DNA of 51,325 nt from Oscillospiraceae bacterium (GTDB lineage: Bacteria > Bacillota > Clostridia > Oscillospirales > Oscillospiraceae), in contig JAISLB010000058.1 of NCBI GenBank assembly GCA_031260685.1, positions 1-51,325 on the forward strand. The letters are read 5' to 3'. Positions 44,395 to 51,325 of the stretch are shown here, piece by piece (the stretch's first letter is position 1; each line of letters begins with the position of its first letter). The notes below the pieces were generated by a model, which saw only the letters and a list, made by a program, of their open reading frames with translations, ran no database searches and was not told the DNA's origin. Both the position numbers and the translations under genes were made by a program.

Positions 44395-45600
44395 CTAATT
44401 TTCAAGAATACTGACGAGTTCGCGGAACTTCTCGCCGCGTTCCTCGAAGTTTCTAAACTGGTCGAAGCTCGTACTCGCCGGAGAGAGCAGCACTATATCA
44501 CCGGCTTCAGCCGCTTCGGAAGCTGCTCTCACGGCTTCCGCGAGGTCTCCGCAGCGTTTATTGGGAACGGAAGTTCCCGCGGCTGTTACTATCTTCTCCG
44601 AAGTCGGACCATTCAATACTAAGAGCTTAACTTTTTCGCGGAGAGCGGGACCCAAAGCATCGTAGGGGATTCCCTTGTCCTTGCCGCCGGCGATTAGAAT
44701 TACGCGCTGACCGAACGCTTCCAAACCTGCGATTGTACGGTCCGGCGAGGACGCAATGCTGTCGTTATAGTATTTGACACCCTTGACCTCGCGTATAAAC
44801 TCCAAACGGTGCGGAACCCCCGGAAAGTTTTCGGCAACCCGCGCGATTGCTTCGCGTGAGATAATTCCTCCGAGAGCTTCAACGGCTGTCGCGAAGTGCC
44901 GCCTATTATGTTCCCCGAGAACGTGTTTCAGCGGTACGCCGGCAACCGAATTCGCGTCGAAAACAAGTCTGTCGCCGGGTTTCTGAAAGCGGAAAATATT
45001 CGTCTTTGCCGAAGCGTATTCGTCGAAGTTTTTGTGCCAATCGAGGTGATTCGGCGTGATATTCGTCAAAACGGCTATATGCGGGGATTCGGTAAAGGTC
45101 ATCAGCTGAAACGAACTTAGTTCCACTACGGCGTAATCCTCCGGAGCAATCAGCGGAACCTTGTCAAGAAGCGGCGTACCGATATTGCCGCCGAGATGAA
45201 CCGTTTTGCCGTCAGCTTCGAGGAGAGCCGCGATGAGACTCGCCGTGGTAGTTTTACCGTCGCTGCCGGTAACTCCGATAACAGGACAGGGGCAAAGCCG
45301 AAAGAACACTTCCATTTCGGAGGTCAGCAGCGCACCTCTGGACAGCGCGTCCGCAATCTCCGGCAAATCGGGACGGATACCGGGTGAACGGAAAATCACA
45401 TCCTCCGAAAGCTCCGCGAGATAGTCCGCTCCGAAGCGGGTTTCGCAATCCGGCAAATCGCCCGGAACGCTTCTGTCGCGTACGCAAACGTTCAACCCCG
45501 CGCTGAGCAGCAGCGTAACAAGCGGACGATTGCTGATTCCGTAACCCAAAACGGCAACGCGCTTACCGCGCAAAGACTGTAACCAAGCGGAAATTGTCAA
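44395..45600 (-). CDS. murD: UDP-N-acetylmuramoylalanine--D-glutamate ligase
   Basis: GKRVAVLGYGISN Rossmann motif, GVTGSDGKTTT P-loop, NITPNHLDWH and PHRLE. I prefer the TTG at 45600 after GGAGGAG; the track GTG is at 45618. Confidence 0.85.
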   Translation of the reverse strand: MTISAWLQSLRGKRVAVLGYGISNRPLVTLLLSAGLNVCVRDRSVPGDLPDCETRFGADYLAELSEDVIFRSPGIRPDLPEIADALSRGALLTSEMEVFFRLCPCPVIGVTGSDGKTTTASLIAALLEADGKTVHLGGNIGTPLLDKVPLIAPEDYAVVELSSFQLMTFTESPHIAVLTNITPNHLDWHKNFDEYASAKTNIFRFQKPGDRLVFDANSVAGVPLKHVLGEHNRRHFATAVEALGGIISREAIARVAENFPGVPHRLEFIREVKGVKYYNDSIASSPDRTIAGLEAFGQRVILIAGGKDKGIPYDALGPALREKVKLLVLNGPTSEKIVTAAGTSVPNKRCGDLAEAVRAASEAAEAGDIVLLSPASTSFDQFRNFEERGEKFRELVSILEN

Positions 45601-45656
45601 TGTTTGCTCCTCCGTCACGTATTGCGCATACTATCTGCTTTTTCGGATTTGATGTA

Positions 45657-46625
45657 CTACCGCGCCGCGGTGTAACTGCCATCCGATAAATACGGCTGTC
45701 CGTTGATTGATACAAAGCGTATAGCGTTTGGTATAATCTTAATATCGAGCGATTGTTCGTAGAATATTTCGCCGTCCAGCGCGACATAAAGCGGACGCTC
45801 CGACTTAACAGTTATACTATGCGTCAGCTTATGCGAAAATGATTCCGGATGTTTGTGATATTTGCCGTGTACAAAATCGCTAATCTTAGTCACTATTTGC
45901 AGGAGTGAGAGCTTTTTAGCCAGCAGCACGTCAAGTACGCCGTCGCTGGGGCAAGCGTCGGGGCAAGGGGAAAACGTATCTCCGTAGAAACCACCGTTGA
46001 ATATGCTAATCGCGCTGTACGAGTCGCTTAGGTTCTCGCCGTCGGAGACAACTTCGTAATCCTGATAGCGCGATTCGTCTCTCAAGGCGGAGAAAATTGC
46101 CATAGCGGAATACGCGGGCGAGATAAACTTAGAGAATTTAGAGCGTGACATATGACCGCTTAACCCATAGAGCGCGGCAATCGCTCTGCTCTCGATACCT
46201 ATCGTACAATGGTTCAGCGCGTAGGCGCGTCCGGTGGAAATAACGTCCGTAGGAATAGCGGGACTCAAAAGCTGCAGCTGTATATCGCGGAAAAGCTCTT
46301 TGACGCCGGGACCGAAAGACCTCAGAAAATCGTTCGAAGAGCCGTAGGGTATGTTCGCAAGTTCCGCGTTTTCAAGCCCTATTATCCCGTTAAGACAATC
46401 GAAAAGTATTCCGTCGCCTCCCACCGCGTATACGCGAACAATCTCCGACGAATGTTTCATAACGTATGAGCGTACTACCGCAACCGCGTCTCTCGGGCGG
46501 CGCGAGAAGTAAACGCGGTAGCTCCCGCTCCCCTCCGGCAGATAGTCCTCGATATCAACGAAGAACTGTTGGAAGTCCTGCCGGTTTGTAAGCGATATAG
46601 GATTAACGACGAAATAATGTACCAT
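45657..46625 (-). CDS. diacylglycerol/lipid kinase family protein (YegS/BmrU-like)
   Basis: DAGK_cat motifs VYAVGGDGILFDCLNG and IPYGSSNDFLR. Confidence 0.7.
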   Translation of the reverse strand: MVHYFVVNPISLTNRQDFQQFFVDIEDYLPEGSGSYRVYFSRRPRDAVAVVRSYVMKHSSEIVRVYAVGGDGILFDCLNGIIGLENAELANIPYGSSNDFLRSFGPGVKELFRDIQLQLLSPAIPTDVISTGRAYALNHCTIGIESRAIAALYGLSGHMSRSKFSKFISPAYSAMAIFSALRDESRYQDYEVVSDGENLSDSYSAISIFNGGFYGDTFSPCPDACPSDGVLDVLLAKKLSLLQIVTKISDFVHGKYHKHPESFSHKLTHSITVKSERPLYVALDGEIFYEQSLDIKIIPNAIRFVSINGQPYLSDGSYTAAR

Positions 46626-46636
46626 AATTCCCCAAC

Positions 46637-46663
46637 TATAGCCATTCGGCTATGTTTTTGCCG
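46637..46663. repeat. 27-nt motif, copy A (TATAGCCATTCGGCTATGTTTTTGCCG)
   Basis: Identical to 48222..48248. Contains the 6-4-6 palindrome ATAGCC-attc-GGCTAT. Lies 11 nt upstream of the minus-strand start at 46625. Confidence 0.9.
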
Positions 46664-46675
46664 CAGTTGAGCGGT

Positions 46676-47755
46676 CTAATGTGCGTCCTCTGCTACCGTC
46701 AGCTTCGCGAATTCGCTTTCCATCGTGCGGAACACTTCAACTAACTGCGGGTCAAAGTGGCTCCCGCTTGACGCGAAGATTATTTCAGCCGCTTGCTCAC
46801 GCGGCATTGCTTCTTTATAGGAGCGAACGTGCGTCAACGCGTCGTATACATCGGCGATAGCGAGAATTCTCCCCAGCAGCGGAATCTTTTCGCCCATTAA
46901 GCCCCTGGGGTAGCCGCTTCCGTCCCATTTCTCGTGGTGCGCTCCGGCGAAAGTTTTTGCGTATTCTAAGAATTCCTGCTTGCCGTTTTTCGCGAGTTTG
47001 ACTTCCATATGCGAGATTATCTCCTCGCCCATTGCCGCGTGAGTTTTCATTATTTCAAACTCCTGCGGAGTGAGCTTTCCCCTTTTGTTGAGTATGAGGT
47101 CGCTGATACGGATTTTGCCTACGTCGTGCAGTTGAGCCGAGGGGAGCAGCCACTCCATATTCCAGCTTTTGCGCTCCTCCGGAAATACGTTCCCCGCTAT
47201 CATACCGTCAATAAGAAGCGAGAGGTAGCCCTGAGTACGCTCCACGTGTCCGCCCGTTGTGAAATCGCGCGATTCGATAAGGTTTGACACCACCGAGAGC
47301 AAACCGCTCTGGAGCGCGAGAACCTGACTTGTTTTCTCGCGAACCATAATGTCGAGGTCGTGGTGAGAAGCCGCGTTGAATAAGTGCGTCTCAATCCTGC
47401 GCAGAAGCGTGGGGATAGAGAACGGCTTAGAAATGAAGTCCACCGCGCCCAGTTTGAAACCTTCAAGCTCCGAGGCTTCGTCGCTTCTCGCCGTGAGAAA
47501 GATTACCGGAATATGGTTATACTGCGGTTCCGAGCGAAGCCTGCGCAGAACGGTATAGCCGTCCTCCTCGGGCATTTCAACGTCCAAAAGGATTAAGTCC
47601 GGAGAGCTTCGGGTCAGTTGGTTGAACATCATAGCTCCGGAGATAAGGGTAACAACTTTGTAGTCTTTGTTGAGCGCCTGTTTAGCAACTTGCAGGTTGG
47701 TTTCATTGTCGTCAACAATAAAGACGGTTTTGCGATTAGGCTGCACGGCTAACAC
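46676..47755 (-). CDS. response regulator with HD-GYP c-di-GMP phosphodiesterase domain
   Basis: REC VFIVDDNETN...LLDVEMPEEDG, and HD-GYP motifs HDVGK and HHEKWDGSGYPRGL. GTG start; an alternative GTG lies at 47746. Confidence 0.85.
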   Translation of the reverse strand: MLAVQPNRKTVFIVDDNETNLQVAKQALNKDYKVVTLISGAMMFNQLTRSSPDLILLDVEMPEEDGYTVLRRLRSEPQYNHIPVIFLTARSDEASELEGFKLGAVDFISKPFSIPTLLRRIETHLFNAASHHDLDIMVREKTSQVLALQSGLLSVVSNLIESRDFTTGGHVERTQGYLSLLIDGMIAGNVFPEERKSWNMEWLLPSAQLHDVGKIRISDLILNKRGKLTPQEFEIMKTHAAMGEEIISHMEVKLAKNGKQEFLEYAKTFAGAHHEKWDGSGYPRGLMGEKIPLLGRILAIADVYDALTHVRSYKEAMPREQAAEIIFASSGSHFDPQLVEVFRTMESEFAKLTVAEDAH

Positions 47756-47830
47756 TTCCTTCTATTGACAGTTTACAAGGGTTAAATACAGAAACCGGGG
47801 AAGACGCTGACGGCTTGACCGAGCGGTAAA

Positions 47831-48202
47831 TCACAAGCTCCAAAACTCCGGCGCGAACGTTTCCTCAAATATCCCCTCGGAAACTTTCCGCAACGCCGCG
47901 CAGTATTCCTCGTATTTATCAATCAGCGCAAGCGCAAATTCGGTTAGGCTGGAGCTGCCTCCGTGAGAACCGCCCTGCCGCCTGTTGATTAGCTTTCGCC
48001 CGAGAGATTCCTCGAGGTTGTCGACAATTTTCCAACCTTTTGAGTATGATAAACCCATTTCAGCACAGGCTACTTTGATTGAGCGGTGCTTGTCGGTGAG
48101 TTTCAAAAGTTTAAGCGTTCCCGGTCCGAAGAAGCCTTGTTCGCCGCGTTTCAGCCATATCTTCATCTTCGGCACCACGGTCAGATTGTCTTGTGGGTTC
48201 AT
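47831..48202 (-). CDS. ModE N-terminal-like winged-helix transcriptional regulator
   Basis: GPGTLKLLKLTDKHRSIKVACAEMGLSYSKGWKIV...RRQGGSHGGSSSLT matches the ModE/LysR-type HTH N-domain. No molybdate-binding domains. Confidence 0.7.
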   Translation of the reverse strand: MNPQDNLTVVPKMKIWLKRGEQGFFGPGTLKLLKLTDKHRSIKVACAEMGLSYSKGWKIVDNLEESLGRKLINRRQGGSHGGSSSLTEFALALIDKYEEYCAALRKVSEGIFEETFAPEFWSL

Positions 48203-48221
48203 AAAACCTTCCCCCGTTTAT

Positions 48222-48248
48222 TATAGCCATTCGGCTATGTTTTTGCCG
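48222..48248. repeat. 27-nt motif, copy B
   Basis: Identical to 46637..46663. Lies 19 nt upstream of the minus-strand start at 48202. Confidence 0.9.
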
Positions 48249-48277
48249 TAACAATTGTCAAACGTAAGAGCTGTAAA

Positions 48278-49561
48278 TCAGTTATACACAAATTGCCAGT
48301 TGTAGAATATTATCGTATCGCCAGCTTGCAGCCCGAGTTCTATTAGCCTGTCGTATACTCCCACGCGGCGCAGCGTCGTATCGAAGTACGCGCGTCCCTC
48401 CGTGTCGTCGAGATTAACCCTATCGAGTAAGCGGTCGAGCCAAGGTCCCGTAACTGTGTATTCTCCGTCCGCTCCGGAGTAGCTGAGTTCGGCTGCCGTT
48501 TCGCTGAAATCGTCCGCGGGAACGAAATCAGCCTCAAAGTAAGGCGCGGCGGGAATTTGCGATAGTTGATGCGCGGCCAACCGCAGAAGTTCGCGAACGT
48601 TATATCCCGTCGCACCGCTGATTTGCACTAAGGCAACTATCGGAAAACCCGATTTCCCGGCGTAGTCTGTCAGTTCGCTGAAAAGTTCCGTATCGCCCTC
48701 CGGCAATAGGTCAGATTTATTCAGCGCGACTATCATCGGCTTTTTTGCAAGCTCCGTATCGTAGTTTTTCAGCTCACCGCAGATTGTATCGAAGTTAGCG
48801 CGCATAACGTCCGGTTCGTCCGCGGCAATGACGTGTATCAACAGTCTGCAGCGTTCGATATGACGCAGGAAGCCGTGTCCCAAACCCGCTCCCTCGGAAG
48901 CGTTCTCTATAAGCCCCGGAACATCCGCCAGTACGAACGATACACCGTCGGATATGTTCGCAACCCCGAGATTCGGATGCAGCGTGGTGAACGGATAATC
49001 CGCAATCTTTGGATTCGCTCGTGTGGAAGCCGCAAGCAGGGTAGATTTCCCGGCGTTCGGAAGCCCTATTAAGCCCACGTCCGCGAGAAGTTTCAGCTCA
49101 AGCGTAACCTCGCGGGATTGTCCGAAACCTCCTGGTTTAGCAAAGCGCGGAGCCTGACGGGTTGCCGTAGCAAATCTTTTGTTGCCGCGCCCTCCGCGCC
49201 CTCCCCTCGCGAGTACGAACGGCAAGCCGTCCGAGAGGTCGTGTATTACCCCGCCGGTGGCTTTGTCCTTGACGACCGTACCAACAGGTACGCGGAGCGT
49301 CAAGTTCGCGCCGTCCCTGCCGCTTTTTTGACGTCCGGAGCCATTTTCGCCCTTAGGAGCAGTATACACCCTTTTATAGCGAGAATCAACCAGTGTCGAG
49401 AGGTTATTATCGGGCAGGAGAATAACGCTCCCGCCCGAACCTCCGTCGCCTCCGTCCGGTCCGCCGGCGGGTACATATTTCTCGCGGTGGAATGAGACTG
49501 CTCCGTCCCCCCCATTGCCCGCCGTGACAGTTATGGTAGTGCGGTCGTAAAAGTTGTTCAA
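48278..49561 (-). CDS. obg: GTPase Obg/CgtA
   Basis: Glycine-rich Obg fold AGNGGDGAVSFHREKYVPAGGPDGGDGGSGG. G1 GLPNAGKST, G3 DVPG, G4 NKSD. TTG start with an AGAGGAAA RBS. Confidence 0.95.
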   Translation of the reverse strand: MNNFYDRTTITVTAGNGGDGAVSFHREKYVPAGGPDGGDGGSGGSVILLPDNNLSTLVDSRYKRVYTAPKGENGSGRQKSGRDGANLTLRVPVGTVVKDKATGGVIHDLSDGLPFVLARGGRGGRGNKRFATATRQAPRFAKPGGFGQSREVTLELKLLADVGLIGLPNAGKSTLLAASTRANPKIADYPFTTLHPNLGVANISDGVSFVLADVPGLIENASEGAGLGHGFLRHIERCRLLIHVIAADEPDVMRANFDTICGELKNYDTELAKKPMIVALNKSDLLPEGDTELFSELTDYAGKSGFPIVALVQISGATGYNVRELLRLAAHQLSQIPAAPYFEADFVPADDFSETAAELSYSGADGEYTVTGPWLDRLLDRVNLDDTEGRAYFDTTLRRVGVYDRLIELGLQAGDTIIFYNWQFVYN

Positions 49562-49577
49562 CGTGTTTCCTCTTGCA

Positions 49578-49640
49578 CAGTGGTCAGTGATTAGTGGTTA
49601 GTGGTTAGTGGTTAGTGGTTAGTGGTAAGTGGTCAGTGGC
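49578..49640. repeat. tandem heptamer array (CAGTGGT/TAGTGGT, 9 units)
   Basis: cagtggt cagtgat tagtggt x5 aagtggt cagtggc. Contains the stop (49633-49635) of the four-helix-bundle gene and abuts the obg RBS. Confidence 0.95.
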
Positions 49641-49992
49641 TTAATCTTCTGATAAGTGCTGTCAGCATTTTCCCTACTTCTTCAGACAAACTCATTGCTT
49701 CTGTAATATCTGTAGCGGAAAGATAACCGATTTCTATGCAAATCAATAACTGTGTCTGAATTTCTGCTTTTGAACCTCTTGCTATTGCCAGAAAATGAAT
49801 AAATTCTTTTGTCGATTCTCTAGCCTGACCTTCTGCAATATTTGAGGGAATTGAAACAACTGCTCTGCGCATCTGGTCTGACAGCGAAAACAATTCCTCT
49901 TTTGGTAATTTTTTTACTAGCAAATAAACTTCTTTAACCAGTTTCATCGCTTTTTGCCATACTATTAGGTCTCGGTAATGATTCACAACCAT
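49633..49992 (-). CDS. four-helix-bundle protein (23S rRNA intervening-sequence protein / Avd family, PF05635-TIGR02436 type)
   Basis: YRDLIVWQKAMKL...SIPSNIAEGQARESTKEFIHFLAIARGSKAEIQTQL is the family hallmark. ATG 49992 follows a GGAGGATGAT RBS. The track N-terminus is translated repeat. AT-rich relative to its flanks. Confidence 0.9.
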   Translation of the reverse strand: MVVNHYRDLIVWQKAMKLVKEVYLLVKKLPKEELFSLSDQMRRAVVSIPSNIAEGQARESTKEFIHFLAIARGSKAEIQTQLLICIEIGYLSATDITEAMSLSEEVGKMLTALIRRLSH

Positions 49993-50018
49993 ATCATCCT
50001 CCACCGTCCAACCCCGTT

Positions 50019-50060
50019 CTGACCACTGACCACTGACCACTGTATCACTGTTCACCTGAC
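50019..50060. repeat. compound tandem array (CTGACCA x3, CTGTATCA, ctgttcac ctgac)
   Basis: Same unit order as 5954..6025 but with fewer copies. Inverted relative to 49578..49640. Contains the stop (50045-50047) of the XDH-family gene. Confidence 0.95.
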
Positions 50061-51325
50061 AAAGCGCGAAGCACTTTATCCGGCGTTGCCGGAGGGTCAA
50101 CCCATTTGCCTATGGCGTTGTGGATTGCTATCGCCACTAAGTGCGTATTCGCGAGACTGTGGCTGATTCCGTTAGCTCCGTAAGCTGCGTTGCCGGCCCG
50201 GGATTCTAGAAATTCTTTCTGAACCTCCGGGACGTCGAGGATTGTCGGCTTCTTATAGTCTATCAAATTCGCGTTGAGTTTGACACCTGTTTCCGGGTCG
50301 AAGAAAAAATCTTCAAGAAGCTGACAGCCTTGCGAGAAGTACATAACTTGGTCGATTTGGCTCTCGAGGCTTGTCGGACGCATAACCTTTCCGGGGTCCG
50401 CGACAACTCCGAAGCGGAGAACTTCGGCGATTCCGGTTTCTTCGTCTACCGCAACTTCGCAGAAAGCTACGTTCATTGTGTCGAGCTTGCGTCCCATATC
50501 GGTCGCCCAAACCGCTGTCGGCGGCTTACCCTGATAGTGCGCGGTACAGGAGCCTTTTACGCTTGAGATAGGGGCGCGGACTTCCGGTTTTGCCGTGACG
50601 AATATGTGTCCCTCGCCTAAGTCCAGTTCCTCCGCTTTGTAACCGATAAAGGGGGACGGAACAGGCGGCGGACCGAAGAAGCTCGGGGGCGGCGGATTGT
50701 CAGCTTCGTAGATTGCGCGCTCGAGTATCTGCTTTTTAAGTAGGTTCGCACATTCTTTCGTTACCCACGCCGACGCTGTTGTACCGTCCGAACCTCCGCC
50801 GACCGGTGTGAATTTCTCGCGGTAGTCGAAGTCTATGACTACATCGTCGTAGTTTAGCCCTAGTTCCTCCGCGACTACCATTGCGTTACACTCAACCGCG
50901 TAAACGCCGAAAAGCGGTCCCTGTGTCGGGAGATGTACTTGTCCGTCGCGGTATTCTAAGCGGCTCGTATAATCCGAGAACGAATGTCGCGGACACATCT
51001 GATAGCGGAAGCTCAAACCGTGCTTGCGTCCGTCCGGAAGCGTCTTTGCTCCCGCGCGGTGAGGTTCCCAGTTCATCAGTTTGCGTCCCGCTTCAATGCA
51101 AAGGTCAAAGCTCGGTACCGGGTCCGAATCGTCCTGCGAGGTAGGACCGTGGAGGTTTAAGCGCGCTATGTCAATAGGGTCTTTATCAAGTTTTTCTGCA
51201 ATGAGATAGAGCGCGAGAGTTACGCTGTCCCAATTGAACGGACAGTGCTGACCTGAAACGTACATCAAGCCGCGGTTGGTGTCCACAATCTCCATCTGCT
51301 GGCGAATGTCCTTGCATTTGAGCGT
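50045..51325 (-). CDS. xanthine dehydrogenase/aldehyde oxidase family molybdopterin-binding subunit, 5' end outside window
   Basis: The C-terminal Ald_Xan_dh_C2-type sequence ends GNAAYGANGISHSLANTHLVAIAIHNAIGKWVDPPATPDKVLRAL. The frame stays open to base 51325. Confidence 0.85.
   Translation of the reverse strand, partial: TLKCKDIRQQMEIVDTNRGLMYVSGQHCPFNWDSVTLALYLIAEKLDKDPIDIARLNLHGPTSQDDSDPVPSFDLCIEAGRKLMNWEPHRAGAKTLPDGRKHGLSFRYQMCPRHSFSDYTSRLEYRDGQVHLPTQGPLFGVYAVECNAMVVAEELGLNYDDVVIDFDYREKFTPVGGGSDGTTASAWVTKECANLLKKQILERAIYEADNPPPPSFFGPPPVPSPFIGYKAEELDLGEGHIFVTAKPEVRAPISSVKGSCTAHYQGKPPTAVWATDMGRKLDTMNVAFCEVAVDEETGIAEVLRFGVVADPGKVMRPTSLESQIDQVMYFSQGCQLLEDFFFDPETGVKLNANLIDYKKPTILDVPEVQKEFLESRAGNAAYGANGISHSLANTHLVAIAIHNAIGKWVDPPATPDKVLRALSGEQ

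Noticed and set aside
44395-45600. MurD looks about 40-50 aa shorter than typical, with the gap between the NITPNHLDWH and PHRLE regions. Possible pseudogene?
   Set aside because: The frame is intact, all three ligase domains and the key motifs are present, and there is no frameshift or internal stop. It is likely a compact variant, and I cannot judge further without alignment.
46637-46663. The 27-nt motif as a sigma-A promoter (its end plus flank reads TATAGT / TATAAT on the minus strand).
   Set aside because: The implied -35 (CGGCAA) is poor. The -10-like hexamer ends only about 9-17 nt upstream of the start codons (just 3-7 nt before the RBSs), which would give near-leaderless transcripts with inconsistent geometry. 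It is kept as an operator/RNA-element hypothesis instead.
49578-50060. Four-helix-bundle gene as part of a diversity-generating retroelement.
   Set aside because: No reverse transcriptase, template/variable repeat pair or target gene with a C-type lectin fold is present in the surrounding sequence.
1-51325. tRNA, rRNA or other structured ncRNA genes in the larger intergenic gaps (29355-29563, 31269-31443, 40251-40391).
   Set aside because: No cloverleaf-compatible or rRNA-like sequence was recognised by eye. These gaps are explained by promoters, terminators or AT-rich upstream regions. A covariance-model scan would be needed to exclude small RNAs.

Overview
The window looks like a chromosomal segment of a spore-forming Clostridia-type Firmicute. 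Evidence: YaaL-like plus BofA-like genes, canonical TTGACA-17/18-TATAAT promoters, and GGAGG ribosome-binding sites. I support about 49 protein genes and found no rRNA, tRNA or CRISPR. Content, in order: a BtuCD-like ABC importer; a minus-strand block of acyl-CoA synthetase, split COG0523 GTPase, M19 dipeptidase and tgt; prs and a ROK kinase; rplI-dnaB. Next comes a corrinoid iron-sulfur protein (CFeSP) cluster with nickel accessory genes (His-rich protein, cooT, cooC, acsD, acsC, acsE, RACo) but no CODH/ACS catalytic subunits. Then two hybrid histidine kinases, purA, PiT plus DUF47, an MCP, an AprA/AprB-like flavoprotein-ferredoxin pair, hisC-pepF-murD, two lipid-kinase paralogs, an HD-GYP response regulator, obg, and a truncated xanthine-dehydrogenase-family gene. 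The most unusual signal is non-coding. At 13 loci there are short tandem arrays of 7-8 nt units (CCACTGA/TCAGTGG, GATAGCA/TGCTATC, AACCACT, CACTGTAT, ATATCCG). Many start at or contain a gene's stop codon. Some are arranged as inverted arrays that predict very long hairpins with a shared AGGACG...CGTCCA core. In one case the inverted arrays bracket an AT-rich four-helix-bundle (23S-IVS/Avd-family) gene. Other points worth a second look: an AT-rich PD-(D/E)XK nuclease insertion, an MGS-like protein lacking the catalytic Asp, a 27-nt motif duplicated upstream of two genes, and a BofA-like ORF missing from the track. All functional calls rest on motif recognition by eye; no database searches were run.
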